From Phoronis australis (taxonomy: Eukaryota; Animalia; Phoronida), in contig NMRA01000298.1 of the NCBI GenBank assembly GCA_002633005.1, positions 473,474-537,473 on the forward strand: a stretch of DNA of 64,000 nt, read 5' to 3'. Made by a program: the position numbers and the translations under genes. This document shows, one piece after another, positions 27,744 through 40,684 of this stretch. A model generated the notes under the pieces. It did not search any database. It was not told the origin of the DNA and was given only the letters and a program-made list of their open reading frames with translations. Numbering within the stretch: position 1 is the stretch's first letter; each line of letters starts with the position of its first letter.

Positions 27744-28617
27744 TAAATATAGATTATTACTTGGCGAAGTCGTTACCCCCCGTTATCTAGAGCCTGAGTG
27801 GATTTTGGAGAATTATCGCCCGAGGGTCGCTAGCCCCGAGGGTGATAATTCTACAAAATCCACGAGGGCTCTAGATAAGGAGGACAACGACTGAGAACAT
27901 GTAATAATCTATTTATACCACATACTGAACGAGAAACATTGCAATCATGAATCGATCTACCTTTCTCGACTCGCCTCGGCTTTGTAACTACTTTCTAAGT
28001 CAGAGGCCCGGGGTCGGAGGTCGTGATCTTTTAAGAAAAGACGAGATATTTTTGTAAAATAATGCTTTTACTCAAAACCAATTGAAAAATAAAAACAAAA
28101 TAGAAATGAAGTGAATCTATAAATTAAGGTTTAGCAACTATTATAGCTTAATACACATTTTATCACACACAGCTTCGACCGGGAATATATCGTCTGCTAA
28201 AGTACTGTAGGTTACCACTAGCAACTGACTATAATGCTCATGTCAAAAGGATCCCGACCACACGACACCTGCATGCAAATTGGAGATCGGTCATTTACAA
28301 GTGAGAGAACACGAGAGAAAAAAATCACTGAATTAAAATATCGTTTTTATGGAAATTATGCGTCTTATTTTTCATAGCGTATAATTGTCGGTGCAATGCC
28401 CTTTGCTGAACATGCGATTGTTGCGCGTGCTCATTTAAGTATTCTGTTTTCACGTTCGATGACGTCAGCCGCTGAGTGGTGTAGTGGTGAAGTCGGCGAC
28501 TCGCAACTGTTGAGGCTCGGGTTCGAATCCCGCCAAAATGTTATCTCACTAGTGAGATAACTTTATGGGTTATTACATGGTTGTATCTGCCATTCGAGGC
28601 TAATATTGTGGTATAAT
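27744..28617. mobile_element. Crypton-like non-autonomous element with long terminal palindrome
   Basis: Imperfect hairpin 27744-27917 centred on ATTATCGCCCGAGGG..CCCGAGGGTGATAAT; short inverted motifs TTATACCACA (about 27913) and TGTGGTATAA (about 28607). The family call is from recall. Confidence 0.5.
28468..28535 (+). pseudogene. tRNA-derived sequence (possible Ala-CGC loop), SINE head or tRNA pseudogene
   Basis: A box TGGTGTAGTGG (28477-28487) and B box GGTTCGAATCC (28520-28530); no paired acceptor stem or poly-T terminator. Confidence 0.6.
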
Positions 28618-29686
28618 GTACGGTAATCAGCTATTCTTTAAAGTGAAAATGTGTAAGGAAGCATTTAAAAATATTGCCATTGTACACAAAGTACACAATG
28701 CATAAAGTCCCATCATAAATATACTCTACATAATAAGGAAAAAAGTTAGGTAGCAGTATGAAGACTATCGTCAATTTACAGCTAGGCAGTTGTACTTTTT
28801 TGAGTTCCGTTAGACACCGAAAGACACAACCCGGGTTACAAAGAAAAGTCTGTCGTCAATTGTGCACGTGCAACGCGCATGCGCCATTTCCTACTGAAAT
28901 TTTGCGACATCTCTCGGGAGATGACGACAGTTTCGCAGCAAATTGGGTTTGGTGGTATTAAAATATCAAAAACTCCTTTCGATTGTTATGACATGTACGC
29001 AACCCCGTGGAAGAGAACAGTTGATTGAAGAATCGGGGAAATTGACCAATACAGTAGGTGACCCAATATATCATGGCGCCGAAAGCCGACCCAAAAGAGC
29101 ACAAGACAATTTTAGCAGCAAAATAACGGTAAAACGACAATTTTTTCAAAAAAATTAGTTTACTCAAGGAATAGTTTAGTTTTTAATGACAGGCCCGAAG
29201 AAGTATATACACGACGGAAGCCGGAGGGAGGGAAATTTAGCCGACGGAGTGACGTCACGCAGTGCGAAACTGGCCACCCTCCCTCCGCGTCCGCGAAAAA
29301 ACGGCCTGTGAGAAAAAATAGAACACCTCGAATCTAAATGGAGGGCAGGTGCACCACCTGGGTCCAAGGCAGTGAAGAATCGGGCGCAATTAAGGACTCT
29401 AATGGAGGAGGGAGACGGAGTTTGTGTGAACGATGCATTTTATATAATAGCTATAATGCTGAGTCAGTGATGGAGGTCCTTGATACGCTTAAAAATTGTT
29501 GCATCTCAGTGGTCAACGATAAGCAATGAAAGACTAGTGGCCGGTTGCATATATCAGTCTCAAATAGGGACTCAACTTACATGTAGGTATTTAAGTCATT
29601 TTACGTATTTTTGTCTTTATGTACTAGTAGATGCAATATTTTTCTATCAATTCGTCTTTATTATGATTAACCTTTTTCAATAACAT

Positions 29687-30870
29687 AACTAAAAACTGAG
29701 CCCTGAGTTTATTGAAAATAAAGAAGGACTCAGCCCTTAAATTGGGGGTGTTGCTTGAAAAGATACCTAATTATTTTTGATAATATGGACAATTCAACAT
29801 AGATGATGACAACGGAAGACGACGACTTTCGGACATATCTGACCACTGGTGTGCCACCTAGTGGCAATTTTATTTTTTTTAGGTTTACCTCTGTATCTTC
29901 GAAGGTTCTCAACGTATTTTTATAAAATTAAGTAAGGTGACGCTATGTTTCCGTTTTCAGATGGATATGACCTAGTTTGCACCACCTAGTGGCCACATTT
30001 ACTGTTTTTAGTCTGTTTTTTTTGGGCGTCCATCCCTCCATCAACCAAACCGCTTTCAGGATAATTGTGAAAATTGGCATGTACGTTTTTACTATGAAGT
30101 GGACAGGTGACGACGATTTTCTGGTGACTTTGGCTACTGTGGCGACTCCTAGTGGCAGCTTCTTTTTTTGCAAGGTTGTATCTCTTAAACCGTTTGCAAG
30201 AAGTTAACAAGTGTGTTTACATGATGTTGACAACGGATGATGGCGATTTTCTAATTGATCTAACTACTGGTGTGCCCCTGGTGGCAATTTTAATCTTACG
30301 TTTACCTCTGTATCTTCAAAGGTCCTCAACGGATTTTCATAAACTTTTGAATACGTGCATTTATTGGAAAGATGACGGTATCCTCCCGGTTTCGGATGGA
30401 ATCGATGTATTTTACTGTTTTTGAGTCTGTTTTTTACGTCTATCCCTCTATCAACCAAATCATTCTGAGGATGGTTTTGAAAATTGGCGTCTATGTTCTA
30501 AATCTGAAGAGGACGGTTGACGATGACAACTTTGACTACTGTGGCGCCTCCTAGTGGCAGTTTTGTTTTGTTTTGTTTTGCGCCCATAGCTGTATCTCCT
30601 ACACTCACTGCAGGATCTTTATTAAATTTAATTAGTAAGTGTATTTATATGAAGTTAACAACAGACAATGACGACTTTCAGGCGGATTCAATGAACAATG
30701 TGCCCCCTAGTGGCAATTTCATTTTATTCTGTTTTCCTTTGTTTCTCTGAAGTTCCGTGACGGATTTCTATGAAATTTAGTGTATATCTTTCTATTAAAG
30801 ACGCAATAACATGTTCCTGTTTTCGGATGAATTGTACATTTTTTCACCATCTAGTGACCATTTTTATGAC
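29687..30870 (+). mobile_element. Helentron/HINE-like element with internal tandem repeats
   Basis: Starts AACTAAAAACTGAGCCCTGAG..GGACTCAG; internal ~130-160-bp diverged units, most containing GACGAC(T)TT..CC(A/C/T)CTAGTGGC. Confidence 0.6.
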
Positions 30871-33800
30871 ACAAATAAACAACCCTAAAAGCACACCATT
30901 TGCGATGCATTCTTGGGCGCATTTCAACACTCCGCGTTGCTCTTGTTTCTGGAATTAGGCGCATGTGCCTATGTGCGAACCATTTGAGTAATACCATGTT
31001 TGGCTCGTGGAATGTAGTAAAGAATATTGCCATTGTTATGGACTCGCATGAAACGCCTAGACGTGTGGCATTTAAGTTCACAACTGTTATCATTTTCTGT
31101 GGGTTTACAGGGGAGCTCAGTCAATTGGTTTAAGGTTACATGCAACCCTAATTTTTATGCTGTTTCTATCACAAAACATCTAAGTATCTAGCCACTGTCA
31201 ACCATCTCTGTTATCCATGACACTATGCCGCTGTTGTGGTCATGTGTGTGGGCGTTTTGAATGAAAGATAACTAACTGCTTTTGCGACGCTTTATTCTAA
31301 GTCAAACATAAAAAAATCTAAGAAAGTTCTAATCGGAAATCTGGTACATGGTTTTCCTATTGGATGGTCGTGCTGTCTGAGAATTGAAACACTGGAGAAT
31401 TTGGGTTCCGACGTATCGAGGCTGGCACAAATAACAAACAAATAAAAACGCCGTTTTGTATTATTTGTAGACTACTCATCATTTTGCGGTCGGATTATCA
31501 TCAAACTGTTATTGATGTTAGCTTTGACAGCTGGTGAATTATTTTTTAGATAATTACATAAACTTGATTAGTCTGGGCCAATTAATTGGCGTTTCTGCGC
31601 ACTTGCCGGAGTCATAGAAATTATGTTTGTGTTACGTGACCACCAGAGGCGGTGTTTACAAATTTAAGTCACGTCGCTCAGCAGTGAGTCAGAAAATGAT
31701 TGAAAGAAAGTGCAGAATTATTGCCGAGGAAATGTCAACGTCGAAGAAAATTACAAGACGACATCTAGAGATGGCTCGGGGAGAAGTGTGTGATTAAATT
31801 TCTTAACTCGGGAAAGACATGATGTCAATATCTAAGTAAATTATTTCCATTTTTCCAACCGAGTTGTGCTACTGAAATCGACGATAGGGCCGACATGAGA
31901 TCTCGGCAATGCTATTTCAAAAAACTAAATTCACAATTGCTAGTTAACGGTTTGAGTATCTCGGATGCCAATATTTATCTGCAAACAAGTCACCTTTTGA
32001 GTTCTAAATACTGATATTTATAACCACTGTCAGAACTACGTGACAAATTTAGCACGAAATATGGTTTGAATGACAGATCGTAAATTCAGGCTTCTGAAAA
32101 GGGGCGATTTTAAGTAGCAAAACTACAACTGTTAGCGTAATGTGAAATATATTTTTGAAATTCTAATACGTGTACATGTTGTGCTATGAATGCAAAAAAA
32201 TATTTCAAAAACAATGACATTTATTTAGAAGAGGTACGTGTATCTTTAGTCAATTCCTTTGGAAGATTAGTAATTATTGAAATCCGGTTCGGTTAATTTT
32301 GTACTAGTTTTGTTATTAGTAACAAATATGAAAACATTAAAAACAATTTTGCAGCGGGGAGTCATTAAACTGGGGTACCTATTGTTGCTGCTTGTTACAT
32401 TCACAGGTGTGAAACAGGTTGTCTTATCTCTGCTCTATAGTGTCGGAAATGCATTGTCGCGAAGAAATGTTTCGTTCGGCTGTGCTATTACGGTTTTGTC
32501 TAGGACAATTCATGTACATGTATCCACAGCCTATACAAAGGCACCCATTCCTTTATGCAAAACACTTGAGTAAATGAGTAAAAACACGCAATATCTCGGC
32601 TATACTCGCATGGGGCTCCCCATGTCTTCACTGCAAAGATTACACGCAGTATCGCGTCGGACAATACAGTATGTACACAGAACAAACATACAGTTTTGCA
32701 GAAGGTAGATTCAAATGTTTTTAGAAGGAGACAATGTGTGCCATCACTATATGATAGCATATATTGTAGCACTCGACATGTAATGTCGCCCCTGGCATCC
32801 CGGTCGATACATATATATGCACAGATGTTCACGGCATACAGTGTCGCACTGGGGGTATGCTGTCGCCGGGTGACGATTTTACAATTTTTGTCGAGTTCAC
32901 GGATATACGTCTCAACAGACCCTGGAGTTCATAGCGTAGCCGCTTGAATTGACGAGCCCATTTCCGGCTGCTGCCGCTGCCGCTGCTGCTGTACACACGA
33001 GGCAAAATGATCTTTTATAAAAATGACGAATCTACACCAAGTCTGCTAAATATTCGGCTGGCCTGATGTCGATATGCAGTTTCACGAATTCACATGCGCA
33101 TCATATGGGACTTCGCAGACTCTCTCAATTTCCTTAAGCAGGGCTTCATTTGTTCAAGCAAAGAATTAGGCGTAGTTAGTACAATCTGGTGATCAAGTTG
33201 TGGAAATGTCATATTCTTAAGTAATTGACATGGGCCTTCGAGACGAAAAACGCATCGAGATTTGTCAGTAATTATTTTGGTAAGTTTATATCACTTGACA
33301 GGTAGAAAAAAAAACTACTCGGTCGATACTTCTAAAACAGGTTACCAATTGTTCTCAAGCCTCGAAAAACGTTACCGTGGCAACGAAATTCTTTTTTACT
33401 GCTGTACAAACGCGCAATTTCATGTTGATTGCAACTTTCACTTGCTTTTCGTGTCGCTAATTTTACGATTGTCAGTCTCCTTCCCTAAAATTAACATATA
33501 TATAGGCCTACTGTGTGTGTAAGTGGGGAAGGATTTAGCGAAACGTAACGGGCTAAGCCTTAGTGTTATAGAATAAGTATATAAGTCAATTAGTCTCGTA
33601 GATATCTGAGCTGACTTCTGTAGACCGTAGAGTTCTAGTCCGCGCATGATCAAGGTATTCTATTATTAGAGCTTGCGACCCCGAGACTATCCGCAAGAGT
33701 TTTCATAGTGAATTTCCGGTTGTATACTCGACTGAGGTTTGATCGAGTGTTGTAGTTATCAAATCAATCCTAATTCCTTTGTTTCATTTTCATTTTTTCA

Positions 33801-34418
33801 TTTTTTTCATCAAGAGAGACTCTAGAGGTACGATTCCAGACAACCAGCGACTCGTCGACACGTGCTATCAGGAGTATCTAATAGAAATTGCACGGGACAA
33901 GCCTACTTGTATGTTCGGAAAACGGCAATTTTTCACGTTCTGGTACACAAAAGTCAAGCCGCACGCATTTTTGAAAATAAGTGTCATAAAAACATTGCAT
34001 AAAATTGCTTGTGATTAGTGTTTTCCTGTCATTTGCTCTCATTTTCCTATTGAAAACAGGCAGCCAAAACAGACTGGAAAAAACTAAAAACGACGAGGAA
34101 TAATCATGGCTCTTAAAGTAAGCTTTTGATTACTGGGCTTTCTTTACTCGTATTTTTACAGTCTCGATTAAAAATCTTTCTTTGCCTAACTATTTTTGGG
34201 ATAGACCCGCGAAATATCGGTTTCTACGATGTTCTTTGGCAATTCTTGGTGAGCCGACTCGTGGCCTAGTCTCTCTTGCTACCTGGTAACTGGGGCCGTC
34301 TGCGGCTTATCTCTGTAATACTCTTCAGAATACGCAATCAGCTCGACAAATGCGTGCTGTTCCCACCCGACGAAACGGAAGTGAACTACACTTAAATAAA
34401 CTTTTCATTGTTTCAGTT

Positions 34419-34568
34419 CAGGGGCGAATCCAGGACTTTTAAAAGGGGGTCGGATCAAAGTTTTTTAAAAAGGGATCCAAGTCAACAATTTGAAAATTCT
34501 AGGTTTGGTATCACTAAAATGAAGGGATACAGGGGGCTCCGCACCCCTTACACCCCTGGATCTGCCTA
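34419..34568. mobile_element. Short hAT-like MITE
   Basis: Inverted ends CAGGGGCGAATCCAGG and CCTGGATCTGCCT; similar left ends at about 45895 and 63096. Confidence 0.55.
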
Positions 34569-35645
34569 CCTCCATGTGGATTACGTAGTAATTGGTCTTG
34601 TCATCCCATCTTAAGCGTCTCGCCAACATTCACGTTTATCACGCGTTATTATGTTCTTGTCAATAATCCAACACAGTTTGATCAAATTCCCTTCGATTTC
34701 TGTTCTGGATGGTTAGTTGTCACGAGCAATAGCGAGAAATCCTTCGTTCTGGCGATGCACTTCTAATGAGCCACGAGCTCTTATTGATTAACGTTAAGGT
34801 TAGAAAAGGTGCTCATTTCCAAGATATGTGGCACTCGCGAAAAGCGGTACCGCGTGAAAGTTTCTCGAGTAGGTATCAAAATGGCGGCCACTGATGTGAT
34901 GAGTCGGTGAGGTTGGAATATTGAATCATGGGATAAAATTCCGTTCCATAAGCATGGCAATTCATGAGTGCCTTGTTTCTACAGCACGCAGCCCATGGCT
35001 CGGCAGCGAAACAACACAGGGGGACAATACTGACATGTGGCACGTGTAAGCGAGCCAATATTTCCCTTGCTGGGCTGCATTGATGACCGATGTTGTCACA
35101 CATAGAAAAAAGAAGACAAAACAAATGAAACAACGAAGATTTCCCTCTCGTTTCTCTGCTGCTTTGCTGGAATAATATTTCGTTAGTTTCGTACAAAACG
35201 ACTTGTTTTTCTACATTCTTGGTTCCAAACTTTCAAACACAAGAAGTGTTAATCAATAGAAAATTCTATTGAGCGGCAAAACCCGTCTCATCTCTGTATA
35301 ATATTCGTCTTGTCTATTCCTAGAGCTTACAAGGTCCATGTCATACAATTGTGGGAATTTACGTAACAGTGTTTCCGAACATTACTAATAAATCATTCAC
35401 ATGTGCGTTTGTGCATGCGTCAGTGTATAGAGAATGTGAGGTATACGCGTCTGTTCGTGATCGTATGTTAAATCTTGCACAAGTCTAGATCTCGGGCAAA
35501 CATCACAGAGATTCCGTCCTAGCGAAAGTGAAAGCAATGATATGATGATACAGTTAGATTGTCTCATTAGTTTTCTCAGGTACACGGATGCACTGAAAGG
35601 CCCTTTTATGAAAGTAATCGCTTCTTTTTCAGGCATCAACAGACC

Positions 35646-37004
35646 ATGAACCGTATGTCAAGCATCCCCGGTTCCTTCGCTTTCGCTGATACGTGCGTTT
35701 CATGGGTTGACCACAGCAATAAGAAAACGGAAGGTATAGGTATCAGCATAGACTATGACGACATATTGACAGCTACTACAGATGGCGTAGGCGACAACTG
35801 TTTTCGCTTACATTTCGCCGTTCACGAGAAAAAAACCAACAAACTTCTGAAGGGCGATTCCGTGATCCACTGCGCCGACCAGGCTGCGCGTGACGGACAC
35901 GTCTCTCGCTTGAAGGAAAAATTGTCTCTAGTCACGTGCCGACCAAAGCGTCTTTTGGTGTTAATTAACCCAGACAGCGGCAAGAAAAAAGGCGAAAGTA
36001 TCTATCGCGGGAAGATAGCTCCTTTATTCGATCTTGTCGGTATAGAGCAGGATGTGGTGATCACAGAAAACGCACCGGCTGTTGACGAAAATATCGCAAG
36101 AATGGATAGGGCAACAACAGATGGCATCATAGCCGTTGGCGGGGATGGCACGTTCCTTCGGGTCGTTAATGCCGTCATGAACGCTGCGGTAACAAGACAA
36201 GGCGGTGACGCTGTTAATCCACCTGACCCTCTGCCGGAGACACACATGCGTATTGGGCTGATTCCAGTTGGATCTCAGTGTATCATCACGGAACTCATGG
36301 ACGGAATCATAGACTTGACAACTTCGGCCTTGCGTATCATTTTGGGAAAGAAAAACAAAATAGATATCGGCGCCGTACACCAGGGCGACGGATCTTTTCT
36401 CAAATACTTCGCCTTGTACTTCAGCTATGGCTGCGCTTCGGTTGATCTCCACAATCTTGGCTATAAAAGCTGGTTCAGTCGACTGCCCTTTTTGTCAAGT
36501 GTCGGTAAAACGCCTTACAAAACATTCGAAGCCACCATTAAATGGCTCGAACCGTCAGAGTCAAATCAAGAACGTCTGGCAGCGAATGAAGGAAATGAAG
36601 AAGCAGACGTTGCTGAAGTCGCGCCAATTTTGGACGAATCTAAAGATCTTGAAGGCCAATTTTCTAACATTGCCGCGTTCGTTCCGAACCTGGATTCCAT
36701 ATTTCGGCCAAATGCCCCGGCGGAAGTAGATCCAAACTGCTTAATGAGTTTGGTCGTGAACAGCGCGAGTCTGAACGGATCCAAAGCAAATCGTCGTTTT
36801 TGTCAAAAATTTTCCAACAGGGACGAGTCCGCATTTGTTTTGGAGGGCGTGCAGCGACATCTCGTGTCTCGAGTGGAGATACAAGCAAAGGAGGGAGGCG
36901 ATGTCCTCGAGATAGTTCTGGACGGCGACGCAACACCGCTTCAATCCCCGGCATCGATCGTAGCTAAAATTCACAGAGGGAAAATTAACGTTTTCTCAAA
37001 GTAA
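35646..37004 (+). CDS. CERK: Divergent ceramide kinase-like protein (partial PH + DAGK catalytic domain), single coding exon, 452 aa
   Basis: RPKRLLVLINPDSGKKKGESIYRGKIAPLF..DVVITE..DGIIAVGGDGTF..RIGLIPVGS..D..TSALRIILG..IDIGAVH matches CERK; uninterrupted ORF; acceptor-like TTTTTCAG 14 nt upstream suggests a 5'UTR intron. Confidence 0.85.
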   Translation: MNRMSSIPGSFAFADTCVSWVDHSNKKTEGIGISIDYDDILTATTDGVGDNCFRLHFAVHEKKTNKLLKGDSVIHCADQAARDGHVSRLKEKLSLVTCRPKRLLVLINPDSGKKKGESIYRGKIAPLFDLVGIEQDVVITENAPAVDENIARMDRATTDGIIAVGGDGTFLRVVNAVMNAAVTRQGGDAVNPPDPLPETHMRIGLIPVGSQCIITELMDGIIDLTTSALRIILGKKNKIDIGAVHQGDGSFLKYFALYFSYGCASVDLHNLGYKSWFSRLPFLSSVGKTPYKTFEATIKWLEPSESNQERLAANEGNEEADVAEVAPILDESKDLEGQFSNIAAFVPNLDSIFRPNAPAEVDPNCLMSLVVNSASLNGSKANRRFCQKFSNRDESAFVLEGVQRHLVSRVEIQAKEGGDVLEIVLDGDATPLQSPASIVAKIHRGKINVFSK

Positions 37005-37784
37005 AGTGTGACATGATTGAAGCGTCTATAAACCACTTTTTGTCAAGAAACTAAATTTTTGATTTAGACCACTTTCCGATATAAATCTGGTACTAACCTT
37101 TTCTTTGCTCGGTTTACAGACGATTCTTGGGTTTTGGAAAATAGACAGGTCGTTATAGCTTGAGATCAGACTTGACAGGTTGACTTGTCACGGTGCATCA
37201 TGTTATGCGACTCGAACTGTCCTTTCAACCACAATCTGGAAATCATTCCTCATCTAAGAAAGGAACATTTAGAGACTGATTTTATAAAGGAAGGAGGTTT
37301 AAATTCAAATGTAGGTTTGCCGGTTGAAAGACTACTTCATGTTTAGCTTAGGCGAAGCAGAGCACCGTTAATTTCACGAATGGTCATCGGGTTATGTGTG
37401 TCATTTGAGAAATGCGACTAACGACGTTTGAACGATTAGTTTGCGAACTGTAGGTGAATTTTGACAGGAGTTGCTGGTGGATTTGTTCAGCATTCGCGTG
37501 AAACTCACGAACCCACCACCAATTCAAAGATTCGCTTATTCGATTTTCTCACCGCGTCTAGAACGGCATGTACTACGGTCACCGCTTACCACAATTCTGT
37601 GCGATAATAAGATGTAACTTAATTATGTCGAATACGTTTTACGGAAATAGTAAATCATGTTTCAAATATCTTGTAGAAGAACAGTATTAACATTACAACT
37701 ATAAGCGTTAATGTTCTCGTTTGTTCTGCCCAAATGAATTATTAATTTCTATTGGTTGTTGTACATCACTGATGAACACGTGAT

Positions 37785-38320
37785 TTTTAAGATGCATAGT
37801 CTCATTAAATTGTGAATATGCAAATGAAGTATTAATTTACAAACAGATACCATTACAATCGCGTGAAAGTCTCTTTTTGCGGGACTGTTTTTATGTAAAT
37901 TAGTACGGTAATAATCATGGTGGACGAAGACCCGATGCCGGTCAAGAGAACAAAGACGGCATGGAATTTAGTTTATTTGGAACGTGACGTCTTTCGGGCA
38001 TGGTGGAAGCTCAGATTCCGACTGCAGCTGCAAACAGCCAGCATTGTCGTTACCCTAAAGAAACAAGGCATAGTTTTAGTATTTGTTTATTTCTCTGTCT
38101 AATAGCGATTGCATAATATTTGAAATTACTAAGGTTGTTTTCTATGTTCATGCTTGTTCTTAAGTGTATCAGTTGTGTTATCTTCAAAACTACAATTTAT
38201 TTACAAATTGTTTCTTTTCCTGATTATACTTGTACACACAGTTCTCCAGGAAGTCACTAGGTGACGCTTGCTACAACTTTATATATTCACGGTTTTAATG
38301 TGATATAACATCTTTAATAT
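37785..38320. repeat. Dispersed repeat, inverted homologue of 49730-50180
   Basis: TCTCATTAAATTGTGAATATGCA..CAGTTCTCCAGGAAGTCA..GCTTGCTACAACTT match the reverse complement of segments in 49730-50180. Confidence 0.8.
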
Positions 38321-39440
38321 CTTTTAAAGCGGCTAAAAATCCACCTTCCGTCGTTGCAATTTTTGTTTACTTGAGGCAGCCAGTTCCACTCGGACATTTC
38401 TTTTATCTGCGCCGGCCCATGAGGCACAGTACCGACGATATGTCACGCGACTCATTCACAACATCCCACTCTGCCACGCATCAAGAAGAAAACGGAATGA
38501 TTACCAGCGGTCTCATGAATCGTATAACTTTGTAGCATCTGCCTCAGACGATAAATCATATGACATCATAAACTGAAAATGGTGCCGTAGTATCTGTATA
38601 ATTTGTATGACTTGTCACTCAGGCCTTATACGAAAGTAGTCCTAGTGGGGTGCATGCACATCTTTAGAATACAAGTTGCACTCAGAAATGAGCCTTGTAG
38701 GTTGAAATAAGTTACAAGAAAGACTGTGAATGAGCACGCAAATATGATTCAAATAAAGTTACATTTTGTATTTTTAAATCTCATCTAGGCACTAAGTGTA
38801 GTCCCCATCCTTGAGCTGGAAATGCAATTTATTTCTGTAACTTCCTTAGTGCGAACTCAAGATAGGTATCTGTGATTGCGTCTTCAAGTACATTGTGGTT
38901 TACGTAGGTAAATTTTCAAGTTTCATATTTGAACTTGGCAACCACTTGATTCGAGCTACAAACGATCGAGTTTGGACTTGAAAGTTTTGGCTGCAAGTGC
39001 AAATTAGGATTCAGTAGAGACTCGGCCCGTTTCAAGACACTTCATCAACGGGGATTTGCACAAGCCCCTATGTCATCAAGAGGCATGTTTATCAGGGAAT
39101 CTGATCTAAGATCATGGTGTGCTGGGTAAAAAATCCCCATCAGCGATGGCTTCCCGGCAATAAAACACAGATGAAATGATATGTCGTGGACGAAAACTGG
39201 TGATTTGGCCTGCGAGTCGTGATGCCGGACAAAATAGCACGGGGACATTTGGCAATTGACTAGATTGGTATGTAGACTAGCCTCTATTTAGAACCGCTGT
39301 CTGGAGTTGAAACACAACCATAAAGTATTCAAACACACAATCTTCATTCACACCTATCTTGAGTTGGTACTAAAGTGGATCAAATTTCAAACATAACCTC
39401 GAGTTCGAGTTTGGAGATAGACCTCAGATGTCTATGCGTT

Positions 39441-39818
39441 TTAATCTTTCTTGTAGTAGAACAATTTCTGATTGGACCCTTCGCTCAATGTGTAGTATCC
39501 ATCCGCATTGTGACTCCAGCACACGGTCTCGCCCTGTCGCTCTTTTTCACATGGCACCTCTTCCGGTCGCCTCTCGAGGGCGTCTTCCACGTCCTCACCA
39601 GAGCGCCTCTTCCAGTAATAAATGTCTTCGTAAGTTTTCACGAGGATTTCTTGGCCATTCGGTGAGATGTCGGCGGCCGTTGGTCCCCTTTTATCAGACT
39701 TGATGGGGATGGTGGCGATGGACCGAATCTTCTTCCTTGACGAACTGCCCCAGCCGTCTGTTGGCAGTTTGTACAATTTAGGCTCCCTTCCGCTGCTTAT
39801 CTTTGGAATGAGATACAC
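39441..39818 (-). CDS. Exon 5 (terminal) of secreted bacterial-like beta-propeller protein
   Basis: Acceptor TTTTAAG|GTG, phase 0; VYLIPK..PKLYKLP..PTAADISPNGQEILVKTY..YYW..ERQGETVCW..GYYTLSEG..LFYY; TAA at 39441. Confidence 0.9.
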   Translation of the reverse strand: MYLIPKISSGREPKLYKLPTDGWGSSSRKKIRSIATIPIKSDKRGPTAADISPNGQEILVKTYEDIYYWKRRSGEDVEDALERRPEEVPCEKERQGETVCWSHNADGYYTLSEGSNQKLFYYKKD

Positions 39819-40538
39819 CTTAAAACAACGCATGGTATTGTTATCGTTTACCGAGCTTCAAGTAGGATGCGTCATACATCAGCTTAAGCGTTTCAGTGGC
39901 AATAAACCCGTGCCCTCTGTTTAAAACCATCTTTTGACGTAGGCCACTTGTTCTGGCAAAGCTTACCTAACCAGATTTGTGCGGGTTGTTACTGCTTCGA
40001 ACTGGGACCGCTAAGTCCCTAGTCATGGCGGGTTACCTTCTGTTGTCAGGCCAGTGTGGAGGTCAAGCGATTGCTTGTAACCAATTTCAATTCAAACAAA
40101 GGATAAGAACACGATGGCGATGGCTTTGGAAGGGCAAATGAGCCTGTTGTGGAAAATCACTGTTTTCACACCAGAACATGGTAATTTTAGTAAGTTACTT
40201 CAAGTGACTGTACCAAGTGCTTTTAATTAGTCTTGAAATATCGGTACCAGAGAAGTATTCAGACGCTTTTGTTCATGAGGCGAATTAAATTAATGATTTT
40301 GACCGCTAGGTGGTGTATCCAAATGTCGAAGTTGTCGATTTATACACTGTAGTCCCTCGTAAAAAACTATTCGTAAAAAGTATTCGGATGATCTCGCCAA
40401 ATGACCTGAGCTGCGCTTCAAGGCAGTTATTTGTTCCGCATTCAATGACACTTCACTCTACAGTGGTAAGTTTGTTTTGTGATAATTCAGATATTGTTTT
40501 TGCACAGCAAATTTTGTGGTCAGACTGCTGAAACTCAC

Positions 40539-40684
40539 CACTCCTTCCTCGTCCACCATTACAGATTCGCTGTTGTCTTCGTCCCAGTCAAACTTGAAGT
40601 AGCTATCGACACCCAGGTCACGGCTGCGAATGGAGGGAGGCTCCTTCACTTTGTAGATGATGTTTTCAGCATCGCCAGTGTTAC
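40539..40684 (-). CDS. Exon 4 of secreted bacterial-like protein
   Basis: TGTAG|GT (phase 1) to GTG|GTGAGT (phase 0); GNTGDAENIIYKVKEP..NSESVMVD. Confidence 0.85.

Noticed and set aside
28468-28535. Functional tRNA gene
   Set aside because: No acceptor stem pairing or Pol III terminator; treated as tRNA-derived.
36002-36974. Antisense and alternate-frame ORFs over the CERK-like gene
   Set aside because: Shadow ORFs of a GC-richer coding region.
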